This document shows, piece by piece, positions 1 through 9,043 of a DNA stretch of 64,000 nt. The first letter of the stretch is position 1, and each line of letters opens with the position of its first letter. This DNA comes from Gemmatimonadota bacterium. GTDB lineage: Bacteria > Gemmatimonadota > Gemmatimonadetes > Gemmatimonadales > Gemmatimonadaceae. The notes beneath the pieces were generated by a model. The model did no database searches, was not told the DNA's origin, and saw only the letters and a program-made list of their open reading frames with translations. A program made the position numbers and the translations under genes. The DNA is taken from the NCBI GenBank assembly GCA_040389905.1, contig JAZJZK010000009.1, positions 1 to 64,000 on the forward strand. The letters run 5' to 3'.

Positions 1-64
1 CACCCGCGCGCGTCGCATGACGCGTCATGCGACATCTATCTTGACACTCACCGATACTATCCTC

Positions 65-1222
65 TCATTTCATGGTTTGAGTACGCCAGCGCCAGCTATA
101 CACCACCAGCTCTCTGACATCGCTCGTCCTCAGCGCGATTAGAGAGCGCGTTTCAATGTTCGCCCCAAGAAAGCCGAGTGCGCCGTCAACCATGGTCGCT
201 CTGACTTTCCGACCCTCGTCGTCGAACACGAGCATTGCGCGGAGATCACTTCTCGGGTCGGCCAGTTGCTGCAGGAAGCCTCTATCAAGTCGTATCGTCG
301 GCAAAGCAAGAAGTTTCGACGCGAGCGTGGAATCGCTGCCTAGCGACAGAACCGTGTCACTGCTGAACGGTATGCCTGAAGCGGTATCGCCGGTCGCCAG
401 GCGCGCCATGGTCCAACGAAACGGCCAATGTAGTTGCGTTTCGATGGCGGACCAGTCACCGGTGCTGTATTGGTGAACTAGCTGCCGGTCTACACTGCCC
501 TCGCGTGATAGGTATATGGCCTCGTCCGAACGACCGCTCACGACAAACCGGCCGACTTTCCCGGTCGAATCGGTACCCACGATCATCCAACCGCGTGTAG
601 TTTGATGTGCTGCTGCACTAAGCTGCGTAAGCGGAAATGCGGCGAGCGCTTTGCAAGACCCCTTAGCCGTAACTCGCACGAACCGCTTTCGGTGCGCGTC
701 GACAAGTTCTAGCGTTTCGCCAACGAACGCACCACCAACTATGGTAAGCACAAGTGATTCGCACACGCGCTCGCGTCTGTGCGCTCTGTAGAGATAAACT
801 TCACGTCGCGATCCTGACCATAGCGCGATGGTACCAGTGGACGACAAGGCCCCCCCGGTCACATCGAAGTCTCGCGGGAGAACGATGCGTGTCGCCTGAA
901 TGAGCGATAGCAAAGGGCCGCGCTCCTGACCGCTAGCGCCCCATGATGTGGTGAATATTAAGAGCGCAGCCAAGCACGCATTGCGGAGCGTGCCGGCGTC
1001 GGAGGGAGGTCCACCTGGGCTTCTAGCTGAGATCTCCAACATGCGCTTCGTCAACCACAAGCAAATGCTGTTTCGAGCTTGCCAATGACCACGTTGGCTC
1101 CCCGCGCCTTGCCGTCCAGTCATAGGGTCGCTCTGATACATCGCACGCGTATCGCACGCAAGTGTCAATAGATCGCATGCGAGATTAGCTTTGCTACCAC
1201 ACAAGGCGCGATTACGAAGCAC
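65..1222 (-). CDS. Hypothetical secreted protein, possibly beta-propeller-like; true start probably downstream (near 1041 or later)
   Basis: Long ORF with an internal signal-peptide-like stretch (LRNACLAALLIFTTSWGASG|QE) and a beta-rich body; visibly more AT-rich than the core genes. Confidence 0.55.
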   Translation of the reverse strand: MLRNRALCGSKANLACDLLTLACDTRAMYQSDPMTGRQGAGSQRGHWQARNSICLWLTKRMLEISARSPGGPPSDAGTLRNACLAALLIFTTSWGASGQERGPLLSLIQATRIVLPRDFDVTGGALSSTGTIALWSGSRREVYLYRAHRRERVCESLVLTIVGGAFVGETLELVDAHRKRFVRVTAKGSCKALAAFPLTQLSAAAHQTTRGWMIVGTDSTGKVGRFVVSGRSDEAIYLSREGSVDRQLVHQYSTGDWSAIETQLHWPFRWTMARLATGDTASGIPFSSDTVLSLGSDSTLASKLLALPTIRLDRGFLQQLADPRSDLRAMLVFDDEGRKVRATMVDGALGFLGANIETRSLIALRTSDVRELVVYSWRWRTQTMK

Positions 1223-1326
1223 TGAGCACCACTGGCGCTACGACACGTTGTCACCCGCCGAACCGGTATTAAGGTGTCCGGACCAAGCGTAGTCACGATG
1301 GTGTAAAGCGAAAGTGTGTCCTGTGC

Positions 1327-1885
1327 TAGTACCTGTCAAGGGCATTGTAACGCTGCGCGGTTATACGTTACACCACCGCGTGCCGTGGCAACGGTGCTTA
1401 GGATTTCTTAAGGAATGTATGGAGTGCCAAAGAGTTAGGGGACCCTCACGCACCCGCTGCGCGCGGGCCGGGGTCCTGGCGTATCTGGCCGCGTGGGATG
1501 TGCGGAGCGCCCAACTCGTCGGCCGGTGTGAGCCGACCAGTGGCATCGTCTCGTTCGACGCTCTGGTCGCCGACGTTGATGGACCAAGGCCCGTTGCGAC
1601 GGCCACGCGCGTCTTCTGGATCGTCCACAACGGCTCGTCACATCGCGGCCAAGCCGCCGTCACGCGCCTCGCGACGCGCTGGCCCAATCTCATCCTCGTC
1701 CATTTGCCCATTCACGCCTGTTGGCTCAACCAAATCGAGATCCTCTTCTCCATCGTCCAGCGCAAAGTGCTGCACCCATTCACGCGGGAGAAACCCGTTC
1801 GGCTGCTGGCGCGCCTCACGCCCGCCGCGTCCCGCTCACGATCTCAGGCTTGAATACGCATTCAAGCTTCCGAACACAAGTACTA
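1327..1885 (+). mobile_element. IS630-family insertion sequence remnant (truncated, inactive transposase)
   Basis: ORF 1314..1853 encodes YLAAWDV...VFWIVHNGSSHRG...LVHLPIHACWLNQIEILFSIVQRKVL, the C-terminal DDE half of IS630 transposases, with H in place of the D of DNGSSH. Candidate TA-bounded ends TAGTACCTGT (1327-1336) and ACAAGTACTA (1876-1885) match 9/10 as inverted repeats. Confidence 0.75.
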
Positions 1886-1886
1886 A

Positions 1887-2420
1887 CCTGGATGCGGAGC
1901 ACACGTGGCCGCGCGGCTGGAATCGATGTGTTCGACCATTCCTACTTTGCCGTGTCCGGAGTCGGAGGGACGTTCACATCGACGGCGTCCCACCGGGGAA
2001 GTACGCCTTGCGCGCGTGGCACGAACGAGCTGTGGCGTCGGCGCTGGAAGTAGAGTTAGGCGCGAACGGTCAGGTGAAGGTCGCGGTGGAGTTGACACCA
2101 AGGACGTAGACGTTGTCCGTGAGCCCGCCACCTACCGCGGCGTGTTCCCCTCGCGACGCAGCCAGAGTCGTACCGCGTAGAGCGACTGATTGATCGAGCG
2201 TCCAAGCGCCGCCTGATGCTCGAACCACTCGAGCAACGACGACGCTCGCTCCGCCCGTGTGCGGGGGTGGCGCGCTCCAGTCCTCGGCAGACCACGACTG
2301 AACGTGCACGACGCCCGATTCATCGGGAACACCGAGAAGCAGGAGCTGCTCCGCCACACCCGGAATGGCGCCGACAAGAAGCGGCCGTTCACGAGGCGCG
2401 GACGAGCGTTGGTCAGACAT
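1887..2420. pseudogene. Degenerate duplicate of 4449..5020 (3' end of the carboxypeptidase-regulatory-like gene plus the small convergent ORF), frameshifted
   Basis: Direct alignment by eye, e.g. VFDHSYFAVSGVGGTFT / IDGVPPGKYALRAWHER and MSDQRSSAPRERPLLVGAIPGVAEQLLLLGVPD match the intact copies but are split across frames. Confidence 0.85.
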
Positions 2421-2432
2421 GAGTAGCGCATC

Positions 2433-2798
2433 CGCGATCCGCGCGACGCGGCGATCAAGTTTGTGGTGGACGGAGTGGCCGCCGGAACCTCGCTCCGCGG
2501 GGGCGATGTGGATGACGTCGCGCGCGCGGTGATCACCGAGCGAGGGTTCGGCGAGTATTTCACACATCGCACCGGCCATTCCATCGACTCTCGCTCGCTC
2601 CACGGACAGGGGCCGCATCTCGACAATCTCGAGACGCGAGAAGAGCGGCTGCTCATTCCCGGCGTTGGCTTTTCGATCGAGCCGGGCGTGTACATCCCGG
2701 GAGAGATCGGCGTGCGGTCAGAGGTGAATGTCTACCTCGTCGCAGGGAAGGCGGTGGTGACGCCGCGTGTGTATCAGACGGAATTGATTGTCGTCTAG
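2433..2798 (+). pseudogene. 3' fragment of an M24 family (Xaa-Pro) aminopeptidase
   Basis: FTHRTGHSID...HGQGPHLD...FSIEPGVY...GVRSE metal-ligand motifs of the M24 C-terminus; the N-terminal two-thirds are absent. Confidence 0.85.
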
Positions 2799-2870
2799 GT
2801 TGGAATACAAGCAGAAGTGGGCGCGGGCATACGGCCCAGAGTCACCCATCGGGCGATCGCGGTGGTTGGT

Positions 2871-3353
2871 TCAGCGTCCCTCAATTTCCTCGTGAAGCGC
2901 TTCGAGCTCGGCAATGACTTCGAAATCCTTCGGCCGGCCCGCCGCGCGCTTTACGTGAATGAGCCAGGGGATATCGAGTAGCAGAACGTCCGCGCCGAAC
3001 AGCACGATCGAGATGGTGTGCGGCAACAACGCTTCGTACTCACCGCCGCCGGTGATTTCGCCGAGGAGATCGATCGACCCACTGCTCGTGGTGAGTGTGA
3101 AATTGAGTCCGGCGCGTAGCGTGGCCACGGACCAATCAAAGGGAAGTCCCGGCGGTGCCCCGCGCAGATACGGGCTGAGCGGCGCGAGTGCCTTGATGAT
3201 TCGTCCGAGATTCGCAGGCGTCCGCGCATAGGAGATGTCCAGATCGTCGGTGAGTCGCGCCGAGCCATGTGCCCGCGCGGCGACGCCTCCGACGACGATG
3301 TACTCGACCCCCGCGTCATTGAGTGCTCTCAGCAGTTGCTCGAGCTGGGTCAT
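2871..3353 (-). CDS. Nucleotidyltransferase (AbiEii/DUF6036-like), putative toxin
   Basis: IVVGGVAA-HG--RLTDDLD pol-beta NTase signature and C-terminal KRAAGRPKD; ATGA overlap with the upstream HTH gene. Confidence 0.8.
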   Translation of the reverse strand: MTQLEQLLRALNDAGVEYIVVGGVAARAHGSARLTDDLDISYARTPANLGRIIKALAPLSPYLRGAPPGLPFDWSVATLRAGLNFTLTTSSGSIDLLGEITGGGEYEALLPHTISIVLFGADVLLLDIPWLIHVKRAAGRPKDFEVIAELEALHEEIEGR

Positions 3354-3727
3354 TTCCGACGCCGCGCCTCCTTTGTTGCTCGCTGCAGTTCGCGCACGTT
3401 GTCCTGCCACTCGCCAAGCGTGCGAACTCTCTCTCCGACCGACTTTCGAAGATTCTCTCGGAGAAGCGTGCGATCGACATCGTGCTTGTATCGATCGACG
3501 ACGGGATCACGAATGGCTGCTGGAACGAACTCCACGCGAACGACCATGCCGACCGCCGCTGCGCAACGCGCCAACGTCTCAATCGTGGGGTTTCCCTCAC
3601 CACGCTCGAGCTTGGCAATCGTCGATTGCGACGTACCCATCGCGTCGGCCAGTTGCTGTTGCGACAAATACGAGTGCTGCCGAGCTTCCCGCACGACGCG
3701 CGCAGTCTGACTGGCAATCTTATACAT
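3350..3727 (-). CDS. XRE-family HTH regulator, putative antitoxin
   Basis: LSQQQLADAMGTSQSTIAKLERGEGNPTIETL is a canonical HTH_3 motif; coupled to the NTase gene. Confidence 0.85.
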   Translation of the reverse strand: MYKIASQTARVVREARQHSYLSQQQLADAMGTSQSTIAKLERGEGNPTIETLARCAAAVGMVVRVEFVPAAIRDPVVDRYKHDVDRTLLRENLRKSVGERVRTLGEWQDNVRELQRATKEARRRK

Positions 3728-3816
3728 GCCATAATTATACTATATGATAGATGCCGCACGCAAGTTATGCAGGCGGCTACCATGGTATGGCTCATCAATT
3801 GCCAATTTCGTACGAC

Positions 3817-4668
3817 ATGCATCAGTCGAAGCGCTTGGACGACACCTTTCGGATTCCTCACGGCCGCGCCGCGACGCTCGCTGCCGCCTACGTCCTCGCG
3901 ATCGCATGCGGCGGCGACGACAAGACGTCGCTGACAAAGACAGCCGCTGCGGCGTCACAACGATCCGTCGTATCGACCGGCGATGTCGTCATCAAACCCC
4001 CGGTTGCTCCCTACACGGTAGCTCCCGTGGCATCGCCGGGAACGATCACCGGTGCGATCGTGATCAAGGGCGCGCTTTCGCCGCTGCCCCCGGCGGCGAC
4101 TGGGCGAGACAGTACGATCTGTGGTCCGGATATTCCGGACGAATCGGTGCGACTACAGGGCGGAGGTCTCTCCGGCGTCGTCGTCTGGCTCGAGGGCACG
4201 CGCAGCGGCAAGCCACTCGGCTTGGAGCGACGCATCGAGTTGGAGAGCAGCAAGTGCCGGCTCCGGCCGCGCGTTCAGGCGGCCGTTGTCGGCAGTGCGG
4301 TCAACATTCTCGGGCACGATGAGTTCCGCGAGCGCCTCAACTTTTCCGCAGGGGGGGAAACGGCGCCGCGCGCCGCCGTGCTCCTCGGCGGAGGCGAGCA
4401 GGTCATTCCAACCGAGCTTCCTTTCCGCGCCCCCGGCATGGTGACCATCCAGGATGCCGAGCACGCGTGGCCTCGGGCGTGGATTGCGGTGTTCGACCAC
4501 CCGTACTTCGCGGTATCAGGCGTCGGAGGAACGTTTACGATCGACGGCGTTCCGCCGGGGAAGTACACGCTGCACGCCTGGCATGAACGAGCGGCGGCGT
4601 CAGCGCAGGAAGTCGACGTGGGGGCGAACGGGCAGCTCAAGGTGGCGGTGGAACTCACACCACGTTGA
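3817..4668 (+). CDS. Lipoprotein with cupredoxin-like and carboxypeptidase-regulatory-like domains
   Basis: Lipobox LAIA-C; C-terminal HAWPRAWIAVFDHPYFAV...FTIDGVPPGKYTLHAWHE; start uncertain (3751/3787/3817). Confidence 0.7.
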   Translation: MHQSKRLDDTFRIPHGRAATLAAAYVLAIACGGDDKTSLTKTAAAASQRSVVSTGDVVIKPPVAPYTVAPVASPGTITGAIVIKGALSPLPPAATGRDSTICGPDIPDESVRLQGGGLSGVVVWLEGTRSGKPLGLERRIELESSKCRLRPRVQAAVVGSAVNILGHDEFRERLNFSAGGETAPRAAVLLGGGEQVIPTELPFRAPGMVTIQDAEHAWPRAWIAVFDHPYFAVSGVGGTFTIDGVPPGKYTLHAWHERAAASAQEVDVGANGQLKVAVELTPR

Positions 4669-4732
4669 CAGCACGAGTTCCGCGGACATGACCGCGTTTT
4701 GTCGCCTTGGCGAATGTGGCGCTCGAAGCGCG

Positions 4733-5020
4733 TTAGCGCGGCGTGTTCCCTTCGCGACGAAGCCAGAGCCGGACCGCATACAGCGACTGATTGATCGAAC
4801 GTCCAAGTGCCGCCTGCTGCTCGAACCACTCGAGCAACGACGACGCGCGCTCCGCCCGCGTGCGCGGTGGCGCGCTCCAGTCCTCGGCAGACCACGACCG
4901 GACGTGCACAACGCCAGCATCATCGGGAACGCCAAGCAGCAACAGCTGCTCCGCCACACCCGGAATCGCACCAACCAGGAGTGGCAATTCACGAGGCGCA
5001 GACGACGTGGAGTCGGACAT
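4733..5020 (-). CDS. Hypothetical protein (95 aa)
   Basis: TGATG overlap with the cyoE stop; protein sequence strongly conserved in the degenerate copy at 2132-2420. Confidence 0.75.
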   Translation of the reverse strand: MSDSTSSAPRELPLLVGAIPGVAEQLLLLGVPDDAGVVHVRSWSAEDWSAPPRTRAERASSLLEWFEQQAALGRSINQSLYAVRLWLRREGNTPR

Positions 5021-5910
5021 CAGGCGAACGCCCGATCGATCACCATAGCCGCAAAAAGCAGCGCGAGGTAGAGCAGCGAGTACGTGTAGAGCGCCCACGC
5101 CGGCTTCACGAAGTCGCTCGCACGCATGACGCGAATGACGCCGACGAGCAGCCAACCGCCGAGCAGCGCGGCGGCGATGAAGTACGGGATGCCGAGCGCG
5201 CCGAACGCGACGGGGAGCAACGTGATCGGCAGGAGGATCAACGTGTACCACAGCATGTTCCGCATCGTCTCGCGCTCGCCCCACACCAGCGGCGCCATCG
5301 GAACACCCGCGCGCCCATAGTCGCGCTGCTTGTTGAGTGCGAGCGCCCAGAAGTGCGGCGGCGTCCAGTAGAAAATGATCAAGAACAGATAGATCGCGAA
5401 GAGATCGATTCGCCCCGTCACCGCAGCGCAGCCCACAAGAGGCGGAAACGCCCCCGCAGCGCCACCAATGACGATGTTCTGGGGCGAGCTGCGTTTGAGC
5501 CAGCGGGTGTAGATGAAGACGTAGGTGTAAAACCCGCCGAGTGCGAGCGCCGCGGTCAGGACGTTCGCGGTGTGTGCGAGGAGGAACGTCGCCGTCGTCG
5601 CACAGAGAACACCGAACGCGAGCACCGCCTCTGCGCGCATGCGTCCGCTCGGAATGGGGCGCAGACGCGTGCGCGACATTCGGTCATCAATGTCGCGGTC
5701 CATGTACATGTTCACGGCGTTTGCGCCACCGGCCATCAGGTATCCGCCAATGAATACCGCGAGGACGAGTTGCCAATCCGGCGCGCCGGCAACGTACATC
5801 GGCGCGATTGTCGTCACGAGCAAGAGCGAGATGATGCGCGGCTTCGTGAGTGCGATGAGGTCGCGTGCGAAACTTTGGCGCACCGGCGCCTCGGCGGCGA
5901 GGTCCTTCAT
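5020..5910 (-). CDS. cyoE: Heme O synthase (protoheme IX farnesyltransferase, CyoE/CtaB)
   Basis: LTKPRII, NMYMDRDIDDRMSRTRLRPIPSG, NIVIGGAAGAFPPL, WTPPHFWALA motifs. Confidence 0.96.
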   Translation of the reverse strand: MKDLAAEAPVRQSFARDLIALTKPRIISLLLVTTIAPMYVAGAPDWQLVLAVFIGGYLMAGGANAVNMYMDRDIDDRMSRTRLRPIPSGRMRAEAVLAFGVLCATTATFLLAHTANVLTAALALGGFYTYVFIYTRWLKRSSPQNIVIGGAAGAFPPLVGCAAVTGRIDLFAIYLFLIIFYWTPPHFWALALNKQRDYGRAGVPMAPLVWGERETMRNMLWYTLILLPITLLPVAFGALGIPYFIAAALLGGWLLVGVIRVMRASDFVKPAWALYTYSLLYLALLFAAMVIDRAFA

Positions 5911-7250
5911 AGATCAGCTCCTCGCGCGACGATGACGGCGACGCTGTGGTCCATCGTGGATTTTGGTGGTGTCGGCGGCGGGAGGTGGAGATCCCGTATC
6001 TCGCCACGCTCGCTCGGGATGACAATGGGGTGCACCACTTCCGCCTCATTAGGCGCGGCCACCCCGAGCAAAGGCGACGTTGTCACCCCGAGCGAAGTCG
6101 AGGGGTCTGCACTCCCCGCTGTTTCCGCCCTTTCCGTTTCCTGTCCGCTATCTGCCGTCTCCGGCGCCCTATCCTCAAACGCGCTGGCAGTCTGCTGCCA
6201 CGGCTCTTTCGGCTCAGCGCCACGTGAGCGAGGCCGGTCGAGCACCGCCGTGGAAAAGGCCTGCTTCGCCGCAACGTTCGCCCGAATGGCACCGGCGCCG
6301 ACAAGCTCGGGTTCTGGTTGTTTCACGCGCGCACCGACCCCTGCATCCCCGCCCGAAACACGCATCAGGTAGGCGAGCACGAACGTCACGATCCACACGC
6401 TGACACCCGTTGCTTCGTGGAGCGATCGCAGGACTGGTGGCAGATGCATTCCGATCATCGCACCAGCAACGAGCAGCTGAAGCACCGCGAGCGCGAGCGC
6501 GAGCGCAGCGACCTTGCGAAAGAGCAGGGGCTCACGCCGTCTCCGCAACGCCATGACCACGCCGAACAGCAGATGGAACACGAGCAACACCGCCAACACG
6601 CGATGGGTGATCTGCACATGACGCCCCCCACCGAGAACGTCCGGGTTGACGCCGCAGAGCGGGAACGACGGACATGCGACCGCTGCACCGGGGAACTTTG
6701 CGGTCAGCCCACCCATCACCACAGTGAGGAGCGCCATCCCGGCGGCGGAATATGCCGCGCGCTGTGAACCCGGCGCGACACGCAGCGCGTTCGCGAATTC
6801 GCCGCCGAAGCCACCGGCACGGATGACCGTTGCCACCACCGAAGCCACGAGACTCATCGCAACCGTCCAGTGGGCGAGCGTCGCCCACGTACTGTTGCCC
6901 AACTTCACCGTCACCGCGCCGAGCAACGCCGCGGATACGCCGAGTGCGACTGAGAGCGATGCGCTGCGGAGCACGCCTCTCCGGCCGCCGACGCCCGGCG
7001 TGCCCCGCCGGCGCCACGCTGCGACCATCAGCCAAATGAGTGCAAGCAGAAGGATCGAGGCGAGATATCGATGCGAGACCTCGATGATCAGGTCCGGTCG
7101 ATCGAGCGGCGGAAAGAAGGAGCCATAGCACTTGGGCCAATGGTCCCCGCACCCCATTCCAGAACCCGAGATTCGAACGATCGCCCCGAACACGAGATGT
7201 GCGCAGGCAACGGCGAACGCCAGATAGGAATAGCGGCGCAACGTTTTCAT
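5907..7250 (-). CDS. ctaA: Heme A synthase (CtaA/COX15, cysteine-pair type) with a ~150-aa hydrophilic C-terminal extension
   Basis: GAIVRISGSGMGCGDHWPKC, IEVSHR, ACPSFPLC, HR and LH heme ligands; about 8 TM segments; ATGA overlap with cyoE. Confidence 0.92.
   Translation of the reverse strand: MKTLRRYSYLAFAVACAHLVFGAIVRISGSGMGCGDHWPKCYGSFFPPLDRPDLIIEVSHRYLASILLLALIWLMVAAWRRRGTPGVGGRRGVLRSASLSVALGVSAALLGAVTVKLGNSTWATLAHWTVAMSLVASVVATVIRAGGFGGEFANALRVAPGSQRAAYSAAGMALLTVVMGGLTAKFPGAAVACPSFPLCGVNPDVLGGGRHVQITHRVLAVLLVFHLLFGVVMALRRRREPLLFRKVAALALALAVLQLLVAGAMIGMHLPPVLRSLHEATGVSVWIVTFVLAYLMRVSGGDAGVGARVKQPEPELVGAGAIRANVAAKQAFSTAVLDRPRSRGAEPKEPWQQTASAFEDRAPETADSGQETERAETAGSADPSTSLGVTTSPLLGVAAPNEAEVVHPIVIPSERGEIRDLHLPPPTPPKSTMDHSVAVIVARGADL
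5989..6114. repeat. Two back-to-back arms of the TGTCAYCCCGAGCG REP-like repeat inside the ctaA reading frame
   Basis: AGATCCCG...CGCTCGGGATGACA (5989-6024) and TGTCACCCCGAGCGAAGTCGAGGGGTCTGCAC (from 6081) match the intergenic copies at 42907, 45665 and 60661. Confidence 0.8.
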
Positions 7251-7251
7251 G

Positions 7252-7521
7252 CTACGGTGTCACTGCGGCAACAGGTGCCGGCGGGCGAGTACCGTCCGTG
7301 TTCTCGCGAACGGCGCGCCACGTGAAATACAGCAACACGGCGAGGCAGACGGCCGGGAGAATAGCCCAGAGCATTTCAACGCCATCACGGGAGTGCGGCA
7401 CGACCGTCGTCGGCTCCGGCACGTGGCGCGCGCCGCGGACGGACCGAATGATGAAGACCTGTGCGACGGCGCAGCACGCAACGGACGTCCAAAACAGTCC
7501 GTTGGCGAAAAGAGATGGCAT
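7252..7521 (-). CDS. Small two-TM protein resembling the transmembrane domain of cytochrome c oxidase subunit II
   Basis: Two hydrophobic helices, VEMLWAILPAV resembling the COX2 E-x-x-W-T-x-x-P motif; ends 1 nt before the ctaA start. Confidence 0.65.
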   Translation of the reverse strand: MPSLFANGLFWTSVACCAVAQVFIIRSVRGARHVPEPTTVVPHSRDGVEMLWAILPAVCLAVLLYFTWRAVRENTDGTRPPAPVAAVTP

Positions 7522-7663
7522 GTGGCGGGGCGGAACTGGCGACAATCTTTGGGAACAGGAAAGCTCACCCCTGTGGGGGCAGGGGTCAACCGGGAGAACC
7601 CTGACCTACTGGGGGACCTGGGACACCTGTCCACTGTCTCCCCCATGACATAGGATTCCCCGC

Positions 7664-9025
7664 ATGGCGACCTCTTCCTCCTCGACAGCCCCGCTGTCAC
7701 TTCAACGCCGGCTGGGCCTGTGGAGCGCGGTGGCCGTGCTCATTGGGTCCACGATCGGGTCTGGAATCTTCCGTTCCCCCGCAGGCGTTACCGACAAGTT
7801 GCCGGGTCCGCTACCGCTCATGGCGGTGTGGGTAGCGGGCGGCCTCTTCGCCATCTGCGGCGCCCTCACACTGGCTGAACTTTCGGGCGCGTTTCCGGAA
7901 ACCGGCGGCGCGTACGTGTTCATACGAGAAGGGTGGGGACGCATGCCGGCGTTTCTCTTCGGCTGGTCTGAACTCGTTCTGATACGCGCCGCGTCGCTCG
8001 GCGCCATCAGCACGACCTTCTCCGAGTATTTCATCCGCGTGCTCGGGCACGATCCCTCGATGGCGCCGTACTCGGACTACGTGCACTACATCGCGGCGCT
8101 CGCGATCGCCATCACGGCGACGTTCAACTACGTCGGCATGAAATGGGGTTCGCTCGTACAGAATCTCACGACCCTCGCCAAGTATGGCGGACTGCTCTTC
8201 ATCATCCTCATTGCGTTCGTGGTTGGCCTTCCGAAGACGGGTGGTCACTTTACGCCGGCACTTCCTGAGGGCTCGTTCCACATCGCGGCATTCGGACTCG
8301 CACTCGTTTCCGTCCTCTGGGCCTTCGACGGGTGGGCCGACCTTAGCTTCGTTTCCGGCGAGGTGAAGGATCCACGCAAAACGCTACCAAAGGCGATCAT
8401 CATCGGTACCTGCGCCGTGATCGCGATCTATCTCCTTGCGAACGTCGCATATCTCGCCGTCATGCCTGTCGACGAGATTCGCCACTCGAAGCTCGTGGCC
8501 GCCGATGTCGCGCAACGGCTGATCGGACCGGCGGGCGTCGTGTTCGTCGCGGTAACAGTGATGTTGTCGACGTTCGGCACGTTGAACGGCACGCTGTTGA
8601 CGTCACCGCGCGTCTTCTTCGCCATGGCCGACGACGGGTTGTTCTTCAAGAAGGTCGCCGCGGTGCATCCGAAATTCGGCACGCCATACGTATCGATCCT
8701 GCTGGTGACGCTCCTGGGCATCGTGTTCGTGATGCTGCGAACGTTCGAGCAACTTGCCGACACGTTCGTCACCGCGATCGTTCCGTTCTATGCGCTGGCG
8801 GTGGCCTCGATTTTCGTGTTCCGGAAACGCGCGGATTACGATCCACCCTTCCGGACGCCGCTCTACCCAATCGTACCCGCCATGTTCATCCTGGCCACCT
8901 GCTTCCTGCTCGGCAATGCGATCATCGATCCATCGTCGCGCTGGCCGACGCTGGCGGTGATGGGGATCATCCTGGTAGGGATACCGGTGTACTATGCGAC
9001 GGTAGGTCGGCGGCGAGCGGCGTAG
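7664..9025 (+). CDS. APC family amino acid permease (LAT/SteT-like)
   Basis: IGSGIFRSP, AELSGAFPETGGAY, WAFDGW, EVKDPRKTLPKAI; about 12 TM. Confidence 0.93.
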   Translation: MATSSSSTAPLSLQRRLGLWSAVAVLIGSTIGSGIFRSPAGVTDKLPGPLPLMAVWVAGGLFAICGALTLAELSGAFPETGGAYVFIREGWGRMPAFLFGWSELVLIRAASLGAISTTFSEYFIRVLGHDPSMAPYSDYVHYIAALAIAITATFNYVGMKWGSLVQNLTTLAKYGGLLFIILIAFVVGLPKTGGHFTPALPEGSFHIAAFGLALVSVLWAFDGWADLSFVSGEVKDPRKTLPKAIIIGTCAVIAIYLLANVAYLAVMPVDEIRHSKLVAADVAQRLIGPAGVVFVAVTVMLSTFGTLNGTLLTSPRVFFAMADDGLFFKKVAAVHPKFGTPYVSILLVTLLGIVFVMLRTFEQLADTFVTAIVPFYALAVASIFVFRKRADYDPPFRTPLYPIVPAMFILATCFLLGNAIIDPSSRWPTLAVMGIILVGIPVYYATVGRRRAA

Positions 9026-9043
9026 ACTGAATCTCGCTTTCGC

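Noticed and set aside
1887..5020. Duplicate segments as a DGR template/variable repeat pair
   Set aside because: Differences involve all four bases and include indels rather than being adenine-specific; no RT nearby
4807..6372. 521-aa plus-strand ORF
   Set aside because: Antisense shadow of cyoE/ctaA; Arg-rich, no motifs, typical of high-GC DNA
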